From the IMG/VR virus record IMGVR_UViG_3300005100_000005, positions 1 to 31,196 of that record: a DNA stretch of 31,196 bases. The stretch is one strand, 5' to 3'. This document shows positions 27,101 to 31,196 of the stretch, piece by piece (the first letter of the stretch is position 1; each line of letters begins with the position of its first letter). A program made the position numbers and the translations under genes. The DNA comes from a virus (Duplodnaviria > Caudoviricetes). The notes under the pieces are model-generated. The model was given only the letters and a program-made list of their open reading frames with translations, was not told where the DNA came from and made no database searches.

Positions 27101-28513
27101 TCACAAATCCATAAAATTATCTTGTTCATTACCCAGCCCTGGGATATCATTTGCTATCATATCCCTTTCTAGATTCACACCTGCATAACTACTCCCAAAA
27201 CTTCCTGCAAGAGTATTATATGCTCCTGATACGGCATCCACCTGATCGTCATGCACGGCATTTGGGAACTGAACCATTTCATAGATCAAGGTTGGCGCCC
27301 ATACGCTATCCGCCGTGATCATGACATGTCCGTTATATACTGCCGCACTAAGTGGCTGAGCTCTTACAATTTTTGAGCCAGTTGATCGAACGCCAATAGC
27401 ACTATAGCCGCGCAGAACATTTTTTGTGAAGTTCTCAACTGTATATACTCCTGAACTTCCTGGCTCCTGCTCGATCACAATACTAGTCTCATAACCATCA
27501 TGAATTGCCGTCTGCTTCACTAATCTCTCAACGTCCCCTGGAGACGCCTGCACTCTGATGATATCCTTAATGTAGTATTTGCCGTCTCTCGTGCTCATTA
27601 GCGCACCGACAGTGTAATCCGGATCATTCTCTTGAGTCAATTCGGTCGCCGCTAAATCCCAGTACCTTACCTGGGGCCCGATCGGTATCTTTTTATCATG
27701 GTACTTGAACCACTCATGCTTAAACATGCCGCCTGACATTGAAACGTCCCAGTCTCCATGCCGTAGCTGATCATATGTAATAGGGTCCAGTTGATCTAGG
27801 GACTCCTCATACTCGTCCTTATCAAGGTGTGGATTATCCTCTAATTTAGCAGGAATGAAGTATCTTCCTTTCTTCAATAAATCCTTTTTATAAGGAGAGA
27901 TAAATCTTGCTTTCACCCAATCATGGCCTATTCCGCCTGGATTGGATGCTGAGCGGATCCGGATGGGGATCGTAGATCCCTTAAGTCGCCTCGTTCTGGA
28001 GAACAGATATCTATATTTAGTCTCAGTGAACTGAGTCAATTCATCAAACGCTACATACTGGAATTCTGCGCCCTGGTATCGGTATTTGTCCTTCTCATGC
28101 TCCAAATACCCAAATGTTAACGTTGCTCCGCTAGGGAACTCCCAGGTCTTGGATTTATCCTTCCATTTAGCGTCTGTATTCATGAGCCAATCAGAGGTCC
28201 TGTCTAGCAGAGCCCCTGGAAGACAAAGATCTGCATATGATATCCTGAGGATTAATGCTGCGTACCCTGGGTGGTCCACGTACTGGAGTGCAGCCATGAG
28301 CAAGGCCTCTGATTTGCCGCCTCCTGCCGCTCCTCCGTAAAATCCCTCCTGGGCATTAACTTCCAGCAAAAATTCAGCCTGTTTATTTGTCGGTGTGCTC
28401 TGGATATACGGATTATTAAGCACCGTCTTATGAAAAACCGCAAATTTACGTCTGTTCGCCGAGTTCTGTAAGTAATTTCTCGTACCGGTCGAGAGCTTCT
28501 TCAGCTGTGACAT
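27101..28513 (-). CDS. terL: Terminase large subunit
   Basis: GGAAGGGKS (Walker A), AFDELTQF (Walker B), SASNPGG, and nuclease motifs YWDLA, IEQEPGSSG and HDDQVDA. AGGTGA RBS 6 nt before ATG 28513. Confidence 0.95.
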   Translation of the reverse strand: MSQLKKLSTGTRNYLQNSANRRKFAVFHKTVLNNPYIQSTPTNKQAEFLLEVNAQEGFYGGAAGGGKSEALLMAALQYVDHPGYAALILRISYADLCLPGALLDRTSDWLMNTDAKWKDKSKTWEFPSGATLTFGYLEHEKDKYRYQGAEFQYVAFDELTQFTETKYRYLFSRTRRLKGSTIPIRIRSASNPGGIGHDWVKARFISPYKKDLLKKGRYFIPAKLEDNPHLDKDEYEESLDQLDPITYDQLRHGDWDVSMSGGMFKHEWFKYHDKKIPIGPQVRYWDLAATELTQENDPDYTVGALMSTRDGKYYIKDIIRVQASPGDVERLVKQTAIHDGYETSIVIEQEPGSSGVYTVENFTKNVLRGYSAIGVRSTGSKIVRAQPLSAAVYNGHVMITADSVWAPTLIYEMVQFPNAVHDDQVDAVSGAYNTLAGSFGSSYAGVNLERDMIANDIPGLGNEQDNFMDL

Positions 28514-28913
28514 CAATTATCACCTTCCCGGTAACGTCAACTTCACTCTTCTTTAGGCCTTGAATATCTGCCGCAGCTTTTACATAGTCAAGATGAGTCG
28601 TTTTATCCGAGAGGATCTCGTCACGCTTCTGTATAATACCATGATAGCACTCTCTCAGGAGTCCAGCCCGTGTGGCAAGTTCATACTCCAGGGTGAGCTT
28701 ATCGACATGGGCCATAAACTCCATGTTCTGCTTCCATGCCGTGACCGATTTGTGGCTAATTCCGCAAATCTCAGCAATTTCTCTCTGAAGATATTTACCT
28801 TCTGCAAGAAGTGCTGCAACTGTGTATCTTTTTTCTGTCCACCTGAAATCTTCAGTCTTTGCCCCAGTTAAAGCGCCATGCTCCTTATAATTTGGAGAGT
28901 CTTTACTTACCAT
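28446..28913 (-). CDS. terS: Terminase small subunit (HTH)
   Basis: HTH QREIAEICGISHKSVTAWKQ, C-terminal EVDVTGKV, immediately upstream of terL. Confidence 0.75.
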   Translation of the reverse strand: MVSKDSPNYKEHGALTGAKTEDFRWTEKRYTVAALLAEGKYLQREIAEICGISHKSVTAWKQNMEFMAHVDKLTLEYELATRAGLLRECYHGIIQKRDEILSDKTTHLDYVKAAADIQGLKKSEVDVTGKVIIDVTAEEALDRYEKLLTELGEQT

Positions 28914-28935
28914 ACTGCTAAAAAAGTAATCCGTT

Positions 28936-28946
28936 AGATATAAAGA
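28936..28946 (-). promoter_or_regulatory. Putative TATA box for terS (near-leaderless transcript)
   Basis: Minus strand CTTTATATCT about 24 nt upstream of ATG 28913. No RBS seen. Confidence 0.5.
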
Positions 28947-28969
28947 TTTGTGCGAGTGAAAGAATCCAC

Positions 28970-29116
28970 TCACACATAAATATCAAAGAAGTAAGGCTTA
29001 GCGCCATTCAGCGGGAAACGCATCATTGAAGGATTACAGTTAATCAAGATTAAGTTCCCACGTGACATCTGCCCTCGTTGCTCCACAAAAAAGTAAAGGG
29101 AGTTAATGTATCCCAT
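28970..29116 (-). CDS. 48-aa protein D' (paralogue of 29127-29279)
   Basis: MGYINSLYFFVEQRGQMSRGNLILINCNPSMMRFPLNGAKPYFFDIYV. GAGGTG RBS. Confidence 0.75.
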   Translation of the reverse strand: MGYINSLYFFVEQRGQMSRGNLILINCNPSMMRFPLNGAKPYFFDIYV

Positions 29117-29126
29117 GTTCACACCT

Positions 29127-29279
29127 CTATAGATAGATACTGACTGTGTAAGGATCTACTTTCATGCTCAATGAAAATCTCATCAGCTCCGGATTGCATC
29201 CAATGGAAATCACGTGTCCACGTGCATTTTGTGAGTTAGTGTGCTCATAGAATTGATGAGCACCTTGCGTATATCCCAT
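29127..29279 (-). CDS. 50-aa protein D
   Basis: MGYTQGAHQFYEHTNSQNARGHVISIGCNPELMRFSLSMKVDPYTVSIYL. GAGGTG RBS. Confidence 0.75.
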   Translation of the reverse strand: MGYTQGAHQFYEHTNSQNARGHVISIGCNPELMRFSLSMKVDPYTVSIYL

Positions 29280-29281
29280 GT

Positions 29282-29443
29282 TCACACCTCATTAAGTTTT
29301 TGCTGTGAGGTCTTCAGATAGACTTGACTTACTCCGCAGGAGCACGACCAGTTAAGGAGTGTGTCCTTCTCAAGTGGAGTGCTGAAGCAGAGAGTCATTG
29401 ACTTACCGCACTCTATACAAGAAGTTTTGTAGTTAAAGGTCAT
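29282..29443 (-). CDS. 53-aa zinc-ribbon-like protein
   Basis: MTFNYKTSCIECGKSMTLCFSTPLEKDTLLNWSCSCGVSQVYLKTSQQKLNEV. GAGGTG RBS and ATGA overlap. Confidence 0.75.
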   Translation of the reverse strand: MTFNYKTSCIECGKSMTLCFSTPLEKDTLLNWSCSCGVSQVYLKTSQQKLNEV

Positions 29444-29577
29444 CTGGAGTTCACCTCGGCAGTATGTACTAAGGAGATCATTTCCATTGTCGTCATGCTC
29501 CTGACTAACTTCATTAGTTCTTCCTTAGAAAGTTTCTGAAGTTCTACGTCTGCTCTATCTCCGAGAGTTGTGTTCAT
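29440..29577 (-). CDS. 45-aa helical protein A' (near-identical paralogue of 29718-29867)
   Basis: MNTTLGDRADVELQKLSKEELMKLVRSMTTMEMISLVHTAEVNSR. GAGGTGA RBS. Confidence 0.75.
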   Translation of the reverse strand: MNTTLGDRADVELQKLSKEELMKLVRSMTTMEMISLVHTAEVNSR

Positions 29578-29583
29578 CTTGAC

Positions 29584-29721
29584 TCACCTCACCGGGAACG
29601 CTGAGGTAATTGGGGTCTCAGCGCCCAGCCTAATCTTGAGTACTTCAAGCGCCTCCTCAGGAGTGTTCCCATGGACTATGTAAATTCCTTTGAATTTTGT
29701 ATCAATTTTGTAGGCGTTCAT
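29584..29721 (-). CDS. 45-aa hypothetical protein
   Basis: MNAYKIDTKFKGIYIVHGNTPEEALEVLKIRLGAETPITSAFPVR. GAGGTG RBS and ATGA overlap. Confidence 0.75.
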   Translation of the reverse strand: MNAYKIDTKFKGIYIVHGNTPEEALEVLKIRLGAETPITSAFPVR

Positions 29722-29867
29722 CTGGAGTTCACCTCAGCAGTATGCACTAAGGAGATCATCTCCATTGTCGTCATGCTCCTGACTAACTTCTGGACAAGTT
29801 CTTCCTTAGAAAGTTTCTGGAGTTCTGCGTCTACAAGGTCTTCGAGAGTTGTGTTGTCTTTATTCAT
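29718..29867 (-). CDS. 49-aa helical protein A
   Basis: MNKDNTTLEDLVDAELQKLSKEELVQKLVRSMTTMEMISLVHTAEVNSR. Confidence 0.75.
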   Translation of the reverse strand: MNKDNTTLEDLVDAELQKLSKEELVQKLVRSMTTMEMISLVHTAEVNSR

Positions 29868-29905
29868 TGTATTTTTCCTGGGGGCTTCTGCGCCTCCAAT
29901 TAATT

Positions 29906-29935
29906 AAATGTACTTTACTCGTGATATACTTTACT
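29906..29935 (-). promoter_or_regulatory. Putative early promoter, copy 1
   Basis: Minus strand AGTAAAGTATATCACGAGTAAAGTACATTT, closely similar to 30891-30919. Confidence 0.65.
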
Positions 29936-29943
29936 TTCACTTT

Positions 29944-30120
29944 TTAGCAGGTCAACACTGCGTATGCTATCGGTTCTTCCGAATCATACAGATCATTCAT
30001 CTCCACAACACCCATAACGTGCCCTGCAACCTCACCTTCGCCATTATCGTGCATTGCTACGCCAACCGGTAGATCCTGAGGTAATTTCTTTAATCTTGAT
30101 ATCAATTCTTTCACTTTCAT
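29944..30120 (-). CDS. 58-aa small phage protein (MKVKELI..L..LP.D type)
   Basis: MKVKELISRLKKLPQDLPVGVAMHDNGEGEVAGHVMGVVEMNDLYDSEEPIAYAVLTC. Confidence 0.75.
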   Translation of the reverse strand: MKVKELISRLKKLPQDLPVGVAMHDNGEGEVAGHVMGVVEMNDLYDSEEPIAYAVLTC

Positions 30121-30243
30121 CTATAAATTCCTTCTGCATTTATATAAAAAATCCATTTCATTATACAATCTCATTATGTTTGTCCTCTGGGTCCATTTCT
30201 TGCTCCAGATTAGCCCAGGTCAACCCCGAGCCCATTTTGTGAG

Positions 30244-30411
30244 CTATTTTGGCAGATTTGGCCCGTCCTTGGCCTGACAAACTCGGCATTCGCTATAGTC
30301 CTCTTCCCAGCCATCCTCGACGCGGAATACGTCTATGAAGTCACCCTTACCGAGGAAACGTCCACATTTGTAGCAATAAAACCGCCAATTACCAATGCAC
30401 TTTTGCAACAT
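30244..30411 (-). CDS. 55-aa zinc-finger protein
   Basis: MLQKCIGNWRFYCYKCGRFLGKGDFIDVFRVEDGWEEDYSECRVCQAKDGPNLPK. TAATG coupling. Confidence 0.75.
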   Translation of the reverse strand: MLQKCIGNWRFYCYKCGRFLGKGDFIDVFRVEDGWEEDYSECRVCQAKDGPNLPK

Positions 30412-30545
30412 TATTCTAAAACTCCTACAAGGTATACGAGAAGTACTGAGATCATAGCCATGAATACTACGCCATTCAGAAGCTGAAGGAACCCAGACAC
30501 AATCAAAAGAAGCTGAATTCCAGAAATGAGATATCTTGACGTCAT
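30411..30545 (-). CDS. 44-aa hydrophobic membrane peptide
   Basis: MTSRYLISGIQLLLIVSGFLQLLNGVVFMAMISVLLVYLVGVLE. ATG 30545 overlaps the upstream stop. Confidence 0.7.
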   Translation of the reverse strand: MTSRYLISGIQLLLIVSGFLQLLNGVVFMAMISVLLVYLVGVLE

Positions 30546-30688
30546 TTCCTTACGAACCCCCTGCATGGGTCCATCTGACTGCGAAACATTGAGCAAATTC
30601 CATCGGGAGTCATGAATCTATGCGCTCTACAGATAGCGTCATATCTGGACTTCCTCTTAAAATTTAAGCAGTTATTGCAGATTGACAT
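30542..30688 (-). CDS. 48-aa Cys-rich protein
   Basis: MSICNNCLNFKRKSRYDAICRAHRFMTPDGICSMFRSQMDPCRGFVRK. GGAGG RBS. Confidence 0.7.
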   Translation of the reverse strand: MSICNNCLNFKRKSRYDAICRAHRFMTPDGICSMFRSQMDPCRGFVRK

Positions 30689-30715
30689 TGATTTCTAGCC
30701 TCCGCTCATCTTGAC

Positions 30716-30856
30716 TCACTTCAGAGTATCGACTGGGTGGAATTCTCCGCCACAGTCTTTATGCATATCTCCCTCTTTCCAAAATCTTGTAGGGTGTTCC
30801 TTGCCGCATTTACTACACTTCACCAGCATTTTTTTGCTTGTGTTGTTTCCGCTCAT
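30716..30856 (-). CDS. 46-aa zinc-ribbon protein (CxxC...HxxC)
   Basis: MSGNNTSKKMLVKCSKCGKEHPTRFWKEGDMHKDCGGEF. AGGAGA RBS before ATG 30856. Confidence 0.75.
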   Translation of the reverse strand: MSGNNTSKKMLVKCSKCGKEHPTRFWKEGDMHKDCGGEFHPVDTLK

Positions 30857-30890
30857 TTTATTTCTCCTGAGACTTCTATCCCATTGATAT

Positions 30891-30919
30891 AAATGCAATT
30901 ACTTGTGATATACCTTACT
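30891..30919 (-). promoter_or_regulatory. Putative early promoter, copy 2
   Basis: Minus strand AGTAAGGTATATCACAAGTAATTGCATTT. Confidence 0.65.
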
Positions 30920-30960
30920 CCCATAAAACCATAAACAGTGGCCTGTTAGGGCCACCGGAT

Positions 30961-31188
30961 TCAATATCTGTGCTGAACTTTCTGCACTGAGATGCCTACC
31001 AGATTCCAGTCCGCATCATTACGCCTGATTATGCCGTCATTCAGTGTCCTGAAATACATGATTCCGTTCTTTCGGCTCATTGAGAACACGTCCCGAATGG
31101 CCCGTGTCCTCTTATGCTCGCCAGTTACTTGGTGAGTTGATTCAAGAGTATACCTTCTGAGGTCAGATTTTGTCACCATTTGACTCAC
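30961..31188 (-). CDS. Small basic hypothetical protein
   Basis: 75-aa ORF. GGAGTGA upstream suggests the start is at MVTKSD. Confidence 0.6.
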   Translation of the reverse strand: MSQMVTKSDLRRYTLESTHQVTGEHKRTRAIRDVFSMSRKNGIMYFRTLNDGIIRRNDADWNLVGISVQKVQHRY

Positions 31189-31196
31189 TCCTGACC

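Larger units (their letters stand above)
29440..29855. repeat. Imperfect direct repeat of about 135 bp (29440-29574 and 29718-29855)
   Basis: Both copies begin TCATCTGGAGTTCACCTC and share TCCATTGTCGTCATGCTCCTGACTAACTTC and AGTTCTTCCTTAGAAAGTTTCTG. One 3-nt indel. Confidence 0.95.

Noticed and set aside
1479-28443. Alternative-frame minus-strand ORFs (1479-1808, 4818-5003, 8893-9090, 10746-10979, 13609-13815, 14751-14978, 20496-20735, 28252-28443)
   Set aside because: They are nested in better-supported genes and have no motif or coupling evidence.
27101-28513. Intein or intron in terL
   Set aside because: Length and motif spacing are normal, and no intein splice motifs were seen.
29109-29855. 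Repeats read as a viral mini-CRISPR array
   Set aside because: There are only two copies each, the spacing is far longer than CRISPR spacers, and the repeats coincide with RBS/start sites or coding sequence.
30160-30235. 24-aa ORF MGSGLTWANLEQEMDPEDKHNEIV
   Set aside because: Too short, with no clear RBS or motif. It cannot be supported.
7-30242. All plus-strand ORFs in the supplied track
   Set aside because: They are antisense shadows of well-supported minus-strand genes and show no recognisable motifs.

Overview
This window is about 31 kb of a tailed dsDNA virus or provirus (Caudoviricetes, siphovirus-like), with essentially all real genes on the minus strand. In transcription order (right to left) it contains: (1) an early-type region of tiny, partly duplicated ORFs, several with Zn-ribbon motifs; (2) terS, terL, portal, a 1017-aa MuF protein carrying two tandem [GNAT-like + ADP-ribosyltransferase] cassettes, protease/scaffold, a decoration-type protein and the major capsid protein; (3) small membrane proteins, a stand-alone PAS protein, a metallophosphoesterase and a secreted protein; (4) a fibre/adhesin block including a LamG protein; (5) neck, tail tube, chaperone (with a +1 frameshift candidate), short tape measure, Dit with two CBM-like inserts, and a hub gene split at a T8 run; (6) a non-coding region with a 34-bp inverted repeat; and (7) a second early-type operon encoding a Zn-ribbon protein, a Csx16-like protein, an HNH nuclease, a RuvC-like resolvase and a truncated SNF2 helicase. 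An archaeal host is inferred, not shown, from TATA-like promoters, GAGGTG/GGTGA ribosome-binding sites and the lack of a recognisable endolysin. The most notable items are the MuF double-ART effector with a coupled 30-aa peptide, the virus-encoded Csx16-like ring nuclease candidate, the duplicated mini-gene array and the PAS/phosphoesterase/membrane module. All family assignments come from motif recognition by eye; no database searches were run.
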